Shown here: piece by piece, positions 8,200-16,486 of the stretch
Layout: each line of letters opens with the position of its first letter
How positions within the stretch are numbered: the first letter of the stretch is position 1
Virus record (IMG/VR): IMGVR_UViG_3300044878_000080
Location: 1 to 61,117 of that record
Origin: a virus
Taxonomy: Duplodnaviria > Caudoviricetes
Direction: 5' to 3' (one strand)
Length of the DNA: 61,117 nt
The notes under the pieces: generated by a model
The model's database searches: none
What the model was told of the DNA's origin: nothing
The model's input: the letters and a program-made list of their open reading frames with translations, nothing else
Made by a program: the position numbers and the translations under genes

Positions 8200-8484
8200 T
8201 TACTCTCCCCCAAAGTCGTCGGATGCCTGATATTCGGCACTTGAAATGTCCCTAGTGGAGAACTCAAGGAAAGTGTCAGACTTCCAAGGGCTTACATAAC
8301 GGTCAATGACCCTCACAAAGGTAAGACCCTTGAATTCAGGGTGCTTATCTCCAAACTCAGTACCGATTGAAATAACGGCAGGATCTTCCTGCCCGCATAC
8401 TGTCTCCCCCAATTGCCAGTAGTCCAGCATGTTCGCCATAACGTCGGCAAACAATTCTTTGTTGTATGGGATGGTCTTAGCCAT
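8200..8484 (-). CDS. Hypothetical acidic early protein
   Basis: TAATG coupling; GGGGAG RBS. Confidence 0.75.
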   Translation of the reverse strand: MAKTIPYNKELFADVMANMLDYWQLGETVCGQEDPAVISIGTEFGDKHPEFKGLTFVRVIDRYVSPWKSDTFLEFSTRDISSAEYQASDDFGGE

Positions 8485-8825
8485 TAGTAATTCTCCCCAG
8501 CTAGGCGCAACAGTGAATCGTACTTAGCAAGCACCTTTAGAGCGTGGCCTACGTGCTTACGGAATTGGTCAAGCGTAAGAGGTTCATAGATGTACTCCCC
8601 AGCCTGTAGCAGTCCCTCTAGGGCCTGATAGCTGTAGTCCTCCGCATCTCCACCAAAGGGACTTGCTACGTATTGCAGCTCACTGGGGATAGAGACCTCA
8701 TATTTGGTTGCAATGTCGCACAGGGCAAACAAAAACCTAATGTTGCTCCCCCATTTGTCACCGGAGTCGAAATTCTCCCGTAGCACAGTCAGGACGGGAT
8801 TAGTGTTGCTAGGCCATGTAGTCAT
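8484..8825 (-). CDS. Hypothetical early protein
   Basis: AAAGGA RBS. Confidence 0.8.
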   Translation of the reverse strand: MTTWPSNTNPVLTVLRENFDSGDKWGSNIRFLFALCDIATKYEVSIPSELQYVASPFGGDAEDYSYQALEGLLQAGEYIYEPLTLDQFRKHVGHALKVLAKYDSLLRLAGENY

Positions 8826-8837
8826 GTTGTGAATCCT

Positions 8838-8918
8838 TTACTTAAGTTTGTCTTGAATTGCATATCGGTAGACCCAAGCACAGGCAATAACGAGTGCAAG
8901 GAATTGAAGCCCGTTCAC
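8838..8918 (-). CDS. 26-aa single-TM peptide
   Basis: MNGLQFLALVIACAWVYRYAIQDKLK; GTGA overlap. Confidence 0.5.
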   Translation of the reverse strand: MNGLQFLALVIACAWVYRYAIQDKLK

Positions 8919-9010
8919 AGTGTCACCAGTAGCGCGTATGCGTTATAGATGACCGTTACGAATATGAGAACTCTTACGTGCCTGTAGTACCTGATTTCGT
9001 AAGCTTCCAT
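8915..9010 (-). CDS. 31-aa hydrophobic peptide
   Basis: MEAYEIRYYRHVRVLIFVTVIYNAYALLVTL; AAGGA RBS. Confidence 0.55.
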   Translation of the reverse strand: MEAYEIRYYRHVRVLIFVTVIYNAYALLVTL

Positions 9011-9021
9011 TGTTTGTTTCC

Positions 9022-9120
9022 TTAGAACGGTGGGCTAATCCAACTGGGGAGGAATACAAATACAACGATTAGTGACCAGCCAAAGACTTTTGAAGCGTGA
9101 GGGAATAGTTCAGTCTTCAA
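9022..9120 (-). CDS. 32-aa hydrophobic peptide
   Basis: TTG start; MKTELFPHASKVFGWSLIVVFVFLPSWISPPF fills the gap between genes. Confidence 0.4.
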   Translation of the reverse strand: MKTELFPHASKVFGWSLIVVFVFLPSWISPPF

Positions 9121-9685
9121 TGTTTACAGCCCTAGCCTTTACAAGAGCTGCCAACATTTCAATGTCTTCCTTTGTGGCGTAGGGAGTCGCCCCGTCGCTA
9201 TCAATTTCAACGTATTCCCACCAATCAATGTTGTCATCTAGCCATTCACCATTAGGCAAATAGGTAGGCCTAGTCTCTAGCACTTCCCCTATTTCCTCTT
9301 TTGTCATGTCTTCAATGGCGTAGGCCAATTCATCGACTAGGAATTCAAGCTTTGTTTCTGTCTCAAGGTCTGAGTAATCAGTGTCGTTGAATATCGGTTC
9401 ACGTTCCGCTAGGTCTTCCACTAGTTCCCGGTAGTCCGCATTACGAATGAACTGTGATGCGCTCATGGTTAGTGAGTAGTGCATATCGATAAAGCGTGAC
9501 TTCCTGTAATGCCTTTTGATTGAGCGACGGTTACTATCGTCAATCAGTGTCGCGCCGTAGCCGTAATAGGTATTCGGAATGATGACTCTCTTTACTTCCC
9601 CTCCCTTGCACAGCTCCAACAGAGACTCAATCGTTGGGGTCTGTGCTTCCTCTTCATACCAAACATTCTTCAAATAGCTAAACAT
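9110..9685 (-). CDS. Hypothetical early protein with strongly acidic C-terminal half
   Basis: AAAGGA RBS; D/E-rich. Confidence 0.8.
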   Translation of the reverse strand: MFSYLKNVWYEEEAQTPTIESLLELCKGGEVKRVIIPNTYYGYGATLIDDSNRRSIKRHYRKSRFIDMHYSLTMSASQFIRNADYRELVEDLAEREPIFNDTDYSDLETETKLEFLVDELAYAIEDMTKEEIGEVLETRPTYLPNGEWLDDNIDWWEYVEIDSDGATPYATKEDIEMLAALVKARAVNIED

Positions 9686-9756
9686 TGTGTGTTCCTTTGT
9701 TTGTTGGCTAATAGGGCATAACGCGCTAGGTGCGAGACCCAGCGCGCAAAGCCTAA

Positions 9757-10074
9757 TTAGTCGTTATTGGCTTCCCGGTATTCAGCAAGCGCCTGCATTG
9801 CTTGCTGCTTTGTTGCGTACGTCATGTGCTCGCCGATTGTTTCAATGTCCAATCTTTCATCCGACTCCCGGACCACTTTGCGGACATTGAACAATTTAGG
9901 TTCGCCGGATTCGTAACGTTCCGACGTGATGAAATACCGTCCACCGATCAATGAACTTTCAATTTTGCTGTTGAAGAATTTCATTGCTTTGGGAGTGAAC
10001 CAGAAACTCCCCGCCGCGCTAAATGCTGCTTTCACAGCAGGAATGGAAGTGAACTCGTCATAGCCTTTAGTCAT
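9757..10074 (-). CDS. Hypothetical early protein
   Basis: GSFWFTPKAMKFFNSKIE; AAAGGA RBS. Confidence 0.8.
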   Translation of the reverse strand: MTKGYDEFTSIPAVKAAFSAAGSFWFTPKAMKFFNSKIESSLIGGRYFITSERYESGEPKLFNVRKVVRESDERLDIETIGEHMTYATKQQAMQALAEYREANND

Positions 10075-10092
10075 TGTCTTTTGTTCCTTTGC

Positions 10093-10284
10093 TTAGTTGT
10101 TCGGGTTGCTGAAGTCGAAAATTCGGATATTGAATGGTGCATCTGCGTAAAGCTCAGAGCCACCATTAGGGCCTTCAAGCACTACATGCTCAGGTGTGCG
10201 GCCTGCTTTGCTGCTCACCTTGAAGGGGCCTATCCACTCGCCGCGCTCCAAAATTTCTACTTTGTCCCCAGCCTTGAATCCCAT
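10093..10284 (-). CDS. Small SH3/KOW-like protein, first gene of the island operon
   Basis: FKAGDKVEIL; GGGGAGAG RBS. Confidence 0.7.
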   Translation of the reverse strand: MGFKAGDKVEILERGEWIGPFKVSSKAGRTPEHVVLEGPNGGSELYADAPFNIRIFDFSNPNN

Positions 10285-10400
10285 GTCTCTCCCCTAGCTG
10301 CTAACGACTGATTAGGGACTCTCCCTAAGCAGACCAAAGCCTCTAGTCTTCCCGCGCTAGGTACCTAGTAATGACTAGGCCCTAGCGCGCTACCCGCGTT

Positions 10401-10417
10401 CACTGTTTAGTTTTCAA
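10401..10417 (-). promoter_or_regulatory. boxA-like antitermination element in the island leader
   Basis: TTGAAAACTAAACAGTG resembles Gram-positive rrn leader boxA. Confidence 0.45.
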
Positions 10418-10532
10418 TTCCTGCCTAGCGGGTAGGTGTTCCTGGGAGCTAACCGCGCTCCCTTTCCCCTGCCTCCCTGTCTTGCGCCTTCAGCCTAACC
10501 CGTACCAGCAAAAAGTGCACCTTTCCACAGGG

Positions 10533-10666
10533 TTATCCACAGAAAAGGGGTAGTTATCCACAGTTGCAACCAGGTTTTACACAATTGGGGCCAGGTTATC
10601 CACAGTTTCATGCAAGTTATCCACAGATTCATACGTGTTATCCACAGGAAAACGGGGTTATCCACA
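10533..10666 (+). repeat. Phased array of DnaA boxes
   Basis: TTATCCACA at 10533, 10554, 10596, 10617, 10638, 10658; degenerate TTTTACACA at 10575; another perfect box at 10925. Confidence 0.9.
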
Positions 10667-11408
10667 GGATTTTCTGTTACTGGCGAGTAACTTAGTGGAA
10701 AAATAAAAATACTGTTACCTATCTGTTACCTAACCTGTTTTCTGACCTCTCGAATACGCGCCCGCGCGCATGACGCGCGTGAAATAACACAGGTATGAAG
10801 CTCTGTCTACCCTTTGGGAGCCGTTATCTAAATCGTGACCTTTAGGCCCTGTGAGCCGATCTAACAGCTTGGGGGTCGAAAACAGGTATTTGTCCACGGG
10901 CGTAAAAAGCTGAGTTTCCACAGGTTATCCACAGACAACTGTTTCGTATTTGACAACCTGTAGTCATACTCTCACTTAGGTGACTTCTAATGAATGGCAT
11001 TCATTTAGGCTTCCTAATGGTTAGGTATGCCTAAGTCAGCCTCACAGGGCAGCGGCAAACTACATGCAAACGCATATACCTTGGAGTGCATATAAATACA
11101 GGTTGGCTATCGCGCGCGTTCAACTATGCAAGCGGTACTTTGTACTGCTATTTGTACTGCCGAAACTAAGCAGTAGGCAGCTATCGGTTAGGCAAACGAT
11201 AGTAAAGCTCTCAGTTAGCGAGCTTGGGAGGCCATACCAGCCCCGGAGACGGCTTTCGTCGGATCGCACCAGCCCCCGCGGGTGTGGTCTAGGCGTAAAA
11301 CACCCTAAAGAAGTCCCCTTGGACCAAATTCTCGGGAGGTCTGGGGGATTTTTGGCGGGATTCTAGTTTATCTTCAGGGACTTTGGCAACTTATGGTAGG
11401 CTATAGCC

Positions 11409-11903
11409 GTGAAAGAAACTAAACCCAAAAAATACAACGTGATCGACTGGCGTATACGCTTCTGGGCCAAGGTCAACAAGACAGACACATGCTGGCTCTG
11501 GACTGCTGGCCAGAATGAGAATGGGTACGGGGTGTTCAGGGTAGCGGGAAGGCTTACGGGGGCACACAGGGTGGCCTACAAGCTTGAGCATGGGAGCATC
11601 CCAGCCGGAGCCGTCGTTGACCACATATGCCACGTAAGGCATTGCGTGAGACCGGAACACCTACGAGCGGTCACCCAGAAGCAGAATGCTGAGCACAAGA
11701 AGGGTGTTGCAGCTAACAACACGTCCGGGTACAACGGTGTCCATTGGAACAAGCAGTTTGGCAAGTGGAAGGTCACGATTAGGCACAACGGTAGGCTGCA
11801 CTACTTTGGCTTGTACGATGACTTGCACGAAGCAGGAGAGGTCGCTAGAGTCAAGCGCAACGAACTCTTCACACACAATGACAAAGACAACAAAGGAGTG
11901 TAG
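11409..11903 (+). CDS. HNH homing endonuclease with C-terminal AP2 domain
   Basis: AHRVAY...VDHICHVRHCVRPEHL...N; NTSGYNGVHW...YFGLYD. Confidence 0.9.
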   Translation: MKETKPKKYNVIDWRIRFWAKVNKTDTCWLWTAGQNENGYGVFRVAGRLTGAHRVAYKLEHGSIPAGAVVDHICHVRHCVRPEHLRAVTQKQNAEHKKGVAANNTSGYNGVHWNKQFGKWKVTIRHNGRLHYFGLYDDLHEAGEVARVKRNELFTHNDKDNKGV

Positions 11904-11912
11904 GTTAGTCCC

Positions 11913-12125
11913 ATGACAACTTTCCCGAACGGCCAGAAGGTCCGAGTGACCGAAGCTTACGGCAACACCAGCCAGAACGGTGACGGCAGCGTCCAAGGAC
12001 TTCACGGCGTGGTGGGTGAGGTCAGCCAGCATATTGCGGGGTACGTTGAGGTAGCCCTGAGCTACGGCGATAGCCCCGCCAAGTACCTGTACTTCTTCCT
12101 CCCCGAGGAACTGGAAGCCGTCTAG
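11913..12125 (+). CDS. Small SH3-like hypothetical protein
   Basis: FPNGQKVRV...FLPEELEAV. Confidence 0.7.
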   Translation: MTTFPNGQKVRVTEAYGNTSQNGDGSVQGLHGVVGEVSQHIAGYVEVALSYGDSPAKYLYFFLPEELEAV

Positions 12126-12270
12126 GGTACCCCACCCCCTCACGAAACGATTTTGACTTTTGGCAAAAGGCCGTTTGCCTTATAGATCTGATGGGGCTTG
12201 CACCACCCGAAACAACCTGCTATCGTATCCCGGTAGCAGGTTGTTTTTATTTGTACGATAGGAGAGCAAA

Positions 12271-12981
12271 GTGGAAGAATTGAAAGAGAAATACGGCGAC
12301 TGGGTAGCATTCACCCGCACCCGTGAGGCCGAGCGTGCCAAGGTCATGAACCCCGAGAGCACACAGGCACTACGGCAGAAGATCAAGGACCAACAGGGCG
12401 TCGTGCTCAAGGCACAGGCAGAGTTGCAGATGCTCAAGGCCCAGCTCACCCTGTCAGGGGCAGACGGCGCACCCTACCGCAAGGCAGCGTTCGACCTTGA
12501 ATGGTCTGAGCGCAAGGCAGTTCTCAAGGATGAGGTGGAAACCCTCATTGCCGAGCAGATTGAGGCTGGGGTGTCCATCCCCAAGCTCATGAAAGAGCTT
12601 CAGTGCAAGTCCCCTAACTGGCTGTACTCCATCAAGGAAAACCTTGCCCTGTACCGTGGGGCAACCAAGGAAGACACGCTGGACGCACTGTGGGAGTGGT
12701 CCGACGCCACCAGCGTCCACCGCTACGGCCTTGCCAAGGCACCGGAGACAAACGAGTGGGCCTTTGTGCTCCTCATTGGTGCGATTGACTCTGAGTTCGA
12801 CGGAGAGCGCTGCGTCTTCGACTTCAAGACTGGCTTCTTTGTCAGCGGCAGTCGTGCCCTGTTCGACAGCGTTACTGACGGTGTGAAGAAACAAAGGGCC
12901 ACGCTACTTGCGTCAATTCTTGACAGCACGTACACTAAAAAAATAAGGCGGGATACCAACCCGTACTTTCACACCAAGTAG
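12271..12981 (+). CDS. Hypothetical protein (coiled coil plus possible HTH)
   Basis: AGGAGAG RBS; GVSIPKLMKEL. Confidence 0.8.
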   Translation: MEELKEKYGDWVAFTRTREAERAKVMNPESTQALRQKIKDQQGVVLKAQAELQMLKAQLTLSGADGAPYRKAAFDLEWSERKAVLKDEVETLIAEQIEAGVSIPKLMKELQCKSPNWLYSIKENLALYRGATKEDTLDALWEWSDATSVHRYGLAKAPETNEWAFVLLIGAIDSEFDGERCVFDFKTGFFVSGSRALFDSVTDGVKKQRATLLASILDSTYTKKIRRDTNPYFHTK

Positions 12982-12995
12982 GAGAGAAAACAAAA

Positions 12996-13505
12996 GTGAC
13001 TAACACTGTAGTTGACACCAACCTTGCCCGAACCATTACGGTTGTCCCCCAGACCGGAGGGGCCAAGCACCTCACCGTCATGGACACGTACCGGTCCAAG
13101 GAAGTCCGCTCGTACATCTACAAGGAGGACGCAGAGAAGCTGGGCCTTGCACTGCTGGGTGAGAACGCCACCGTCGTCACCGACCTGCCGGAAGCAACGG
13201 TGGAGGCAGGTTACGGCAGCCGAGACATTGTGAATGCAGGCGACACCGCCTACTACTCCGACAAGAACCACGAGAGTGTTCTAAAGCACGCCAAGGAACT
13301 GCTGGCCATTCACAAGCACCTCGTGGAGCAGCAGGCCCTTGCAGCCAAAGAGGCTGAAGTAGCCAAGGCCAAGGAAGCCGAGCGTACCAAGCGCCGGGAT
13401 GAACTGGTCATCGAACACCGGGGCTGGGGCACCTACGACAGCAGCTCTGTTATCTTCCAGAGCGCCATTGACCACATCATCAAACTTGAGGAAGCCGCCA
13501 AGTGA
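12996..13505 (+). CDS. Hypothetical protein
   Basis: AGGAGAG RBS. Confidence 0.8.
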   Translation: MTNTVVDTNLARTITVVPQTGGAKHLTVMDTYRSKEVRSYIYKEDAEKLGLALLGENATVVTDLPEATVEAGYGSRDIVNAGDTAYYSDKNHESVLKHAKELLAIHKHLVEQQALAAKEAEVAKAKEAERTKRRDELVIEHRGWGTYDSSSVIFQSAIDHIIKLEEAAK

Positions 13506-13900
13506 AGAAAAGCATTACAGCAGTAGCCGTAGCAGCCGTCCTGACCGTCACCGCCCTCACAGGGTGCCAGCCCGCATCCAAGGTGGCATCGGACAACGTA
13601 TCCAAGCAGGCCGATAACTTTGAGGTCCAGCGCAAAATCGTTGGAGTCAACGGCATCACCGACAAGGTTGCCTTTGAGGTTGAAGGCCGGTGCTCCATTG
13701 AACCTGAAGACCGCAAGTTGGTGGTCATGTGCAAGCACGGCGAGAACGACTACCGCAAGCACTATGTTGGCCTCAGCGACAACACATACTGGGTGGCCGA
13801 GCAGTTGGACGGCATTGACGTGAGCGTGTACCACACCAGCATCATCATCCGGCCTGAAGCGCTGATCCCTGAGTTCAAGCTGGACGCTGGCAAGCAGTAA
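13502..13900 (+). CDS. Lipoprotein
   Basis: Signal peptide MKKSITAVAVAAVLTVTA plus lipobox LTG-C. Confidence 0.85.
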   Translation: MKKSITAVAVAAVLTVTALTGCQPASKVASDNVSKQADNFEVQRKIVGVNGITDKVAFEVEGRCSIEPEDRKLVVMCKHGENDYRKHYVGLSDNTYWVAEQLDGIDVSVYHTSIIIRPEALIPEFKLDAGKQ

Positions 13901-14002
13901 CAAAACTCAAGCCCCCTGTGCCAGTCGGTGCAGGGGGCTTGCTTGTACCCTCAAATGTGTGTATTCTCTTATGTACACCCCCTAGCGAGAGAAGAAAAAG
14001 AA

Positions 14003-14332
14003 ATGAATCTCACCAAGACACAAGCCCTCATGGTCATTGAACACTTCGCTGCTCAGGCAGCAGAGGATGCGCCCATTGTGGGTGCTGACAAGCACATGTG
14101 GCTCACCCGCTATCAGGCCAGCATTGCCATTGAGCGCCAGATCGGGGAGTGGTGGTGGGACTCGCTGGTTGCCAACATGTCGGACCTTCAGAGCTTCGAT
14201 CGTGACCCAGCAGGCTTCTTGCACGAACAGGGCTGGGAAGACAGCCTTGCCCAGCGGGACAACGCACGCCAGCACATTGAGCGTCAGGTAAGCTGGTCGA
14301 TTGACAACGTATACAGGAATTCAGGAGCGTAG
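14003..14332 (+). CDS. Hypothetical protein
   Basis: ATG 14003 follows a purine-rich RBS. Confidence 0.7.
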   Translation: MNLTKTQALMVIEHFAAQAAEDAPIVGADKHMWLTRYQASIAIERQIGEWWWDSLVANMSDLQSFDRDPAGFLHEQGWEDSLAQRDNARQHIERQVSWSIDNVYRNSGA

Positions 14333-14787
14333 TGGCACTAGAGGAACGATTCTGGGCTAAGGTCAACAAGACGGATACATGCTGGCTGTGGACAGCATGT
14401 AAGACACTCAACGGGTACGGAAGGTTTAGGGTTACTTCTAACAAGGCAGAGTATGCCCATAGAGTCGCCTTCGGAATGGCAGGACATGTACTACCCCGAG
14501 GCATGTTCTTGGATCACACTTGCTACACCAGAGAATGCGTCCGACCGGACCACCTACGTCCTGTGACTAGGAAACAAAACATGGAGAACCGAGAGGGGGC
14601 AGCTAGCTCTAGTTTGTCCGGGTACAGGGGTGTACACTGGGACTCCCGACAGCGGAAGTGGAGAGCAAGTGTACGACACAACAGTAAGGCTCACCACGCG
14701 GGGCGATTCGACAGCCCCGAGGAAGCCAACAGGGCTGTCATAGCACTGCGCAACAAGCTATTCACGCATAACGAGCAGGACAGGTAA
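14332..14787 (+). CDS. HNH homing endonuclease with AP2 domain
   Basis: RFWAKVNKTDTCWLW; AHRVAF...DHTC...CVRPDHL; SGYRGVHW. Confidence 0.9.
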   Translation: MALEERFWAKVNKTDTCWLWTACKTLNGYGRFRVTSNKAEYAHRVAFGMAGHVLPRGMFLDHTCYTRECVRPDHLRPVTRKQNMENREGAASSSLSGYRGVHWDSRQRKWRASVRHNSKAHHAGRFDSPEEANRAVIALRNKLFTHNEQDR

Positions 14788-16226
14788 TGGAACCTCTAAT
14801 ACCGTTTGAAGATCAGGAAACTGCAATAGACTATATCCTGACAAACAAACGCATTTTGCTGAAAGCCCCGACAGGAGCAGGCAAAACGCTCGTGGCCGTG
14901 GAAACTGCTAAACGTTCGGGAGCCAAGGTTGTGCTGGTCATTGTTCCGTTGAACACTGTCAAGGGCTGGCGGGAGACAGTAGAGCGCCAGTATGGCGAGG
15001 GTGTGATGCCCTTCCACCACATCACCTCTAAGGTGGCAGGCAAGCGAGCACACGGGGCACTGCTGTCAGGCGAAACTGGCTTTTACGTGATCGGCAGGGA
15101 GTATTTCAAACGGTTTGGTTGGAGTTCCCTACGCAAGTGTGAGTTCGTAGCGTTGGATGAGTGCCACGGTGCTACCAATCAGAAGTCACTCATGTGGCGC
15201 ATGTTGAAGACAGCCAAGGCACCCTACCAGCTCGCCATGTCGGCTACCCCATTCGGTAACAAGGTGGAAGGTGCATGGGCACTAGCCCGCTGGCTGTGGC
15301 CCACACAGACCCCACGGGGCTACTGGAACTGGGTCACGGAGTTCTTCACCACAGAGAAGAATATCCACGCAGAGCGCAGAGCCAAGGACAAAGGGCAGTA
15401 CGCCAGCCCGGACATTGTACGTGAGAAGGTACCCGGCAGCGTGTGGAGGTCACTGCCTCACGCCTTCCGCATGAAGTCCGTCTACAAGGGCGTGCCTGTC
15501 ATCCACACGGTTGAGGTGGAGCTGTCCCCGCAGCAGCGCAAGCACTACAAAGAGCTTGAAGAAGAGGCAATCACTTGGCTGGATGACCACCCTCTAGCCG
15601 TGGACCTCCCCCCTGTGCTCAGCATGAGGTTGAGGCAGGTATGCCTTGCCGTACCGTCCATCAAGCAGGATTGGAAACGTGTCTACGACAAGGACACGGA
15701 AGAGTGGTACAAGGAATGGGGCGACGTTGTTTACTTTGACGACGACGCCAAGAGTTCCAAGGCTGACGTGACCATGGAGATATTGGCTGACCAATTTGCC
15801 GGTGGCCCCATCCCGTTCCTCATCTTTACGGACTCACGTATCTATGCCACGCTGCTGACCAAGCGCTTGCAGGCCAAGGGCTACCGCGCACGCCAGTTCA
15901 TCGGCGGCATGTCCCCGGCTGAACGTGCATGGAAGCTTGAAAACTTTGGCGTTGAGTTTGAAATCATGGTATGCACCATCCCCACGGTGGCAGAAGGCAC
16001 GGACGGCCTACAGCGGGTGTGCTGGAATGAAATCTGGGAAAACGTTACTTGGAACCGCTTGCTAAATGTCCAGACACAGGGTAGAAATAGTAGGACAGGT
16101 CAGACAAAGATCGTGAACCGCTGGATGTTGCAGGCAGTGAACACCGTGGAGATAAAACAAATCGGCAAACTCAAGTCCGATCAGGACTTGATGGACGCCG
16201 CCATTGAGGAAGAGGAATCCGCATAG
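14787..16226 (+). CDS. Superfamily 2 (SNF2/DEXH-like) DNA helicase
   Basis: APTGAGKT, DECH, SAT, QTQGRNSR motifs. Confidence 0.9.
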   Translation: MEPLIPFEDQETAIDYILTNKRILLKAPTGAGKTLVAVETAKRSGAKVVLVIVPLNTVKGWRETVERQYGEGVMPFHHITSKVAGKRAHGALLSGETGFYVIGREYFKRFGWSSLRKCEFVALDECHGATNQKSLMWRMLKTAKAPYQLAMSATPFGNKVEGAWALARWLWPTQTPRGYWNWVTEFFTTEKNIHAERRAKDKGQYASPDIVREKVPGSVWRSLPHAFRMKSVYKGVPVIHTVEVELSPQQRKHYKELEEEAITWLDDHPLAVDLPPVLSMRLRQVCLAVPSIKQDWKRVYDKDTEEWYKEWGDVVYFDDDAKSSKADVTMEILADQFAGGPIPFLIFTDSRIYATLLTKRLQAKGYRARQFIGGMSPAERAWKLENFGVEFEIMVCTIPTVAEGTDGLQRVCWNEIWENVTWNRLLNVQTQGRNSRTGQTKIVNRWMLQAVNTVEIKQIGKLKSDQDLMDAAIEEEESA

Positions 16227-16486
16227 TGGCTACAGGAACAGTAGAAGTGCAGGTCAAGGTATCGGACATGGAGCAGGTTCAGCAGGTGATTCATGAGCTG
16301 GCAGTGACGCAGCGCCAGTTGGACGTTCTGGGGGAGTATTTCCTGCTCGCACTGAACTGCCTCCCCGGCAAGCAACTGAAGGTGTCCCTCACTGAGCAGG
16401 CGCTTCTGGGAGAGGTGCCCCTTGTCTTGCAGGCACGTTCGGATGAGCACGGCAACGTCATCTTCCGAGCGGTGGAGGACAAGTGA
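16226..16486 (+). CDS. Hypothetical protein
   Basis: Coupled to the helicase stop. Confidence 0.7.
   Translation: MATGTVEVQVKVSDMEQVQQVIHELAVTQRQLDVLGEYFLLALNCLPGKQLKVSLTEQALLGEVPLVLQARSDEHGNVIFRAVEDK

Noticed and set aside
10522-10666. CRISPR or mini-CRISPR array
   Set aside because: Repeat is 11 bp and spacers about 10 bp, far too short; the repeat is the DnaA box
12126-12180. GGGTACCCCACCCCC plus T-tracts as a packaging site
   Set aside because: Single short occurrence far from the terminase genes; cannot be supported without end mapping
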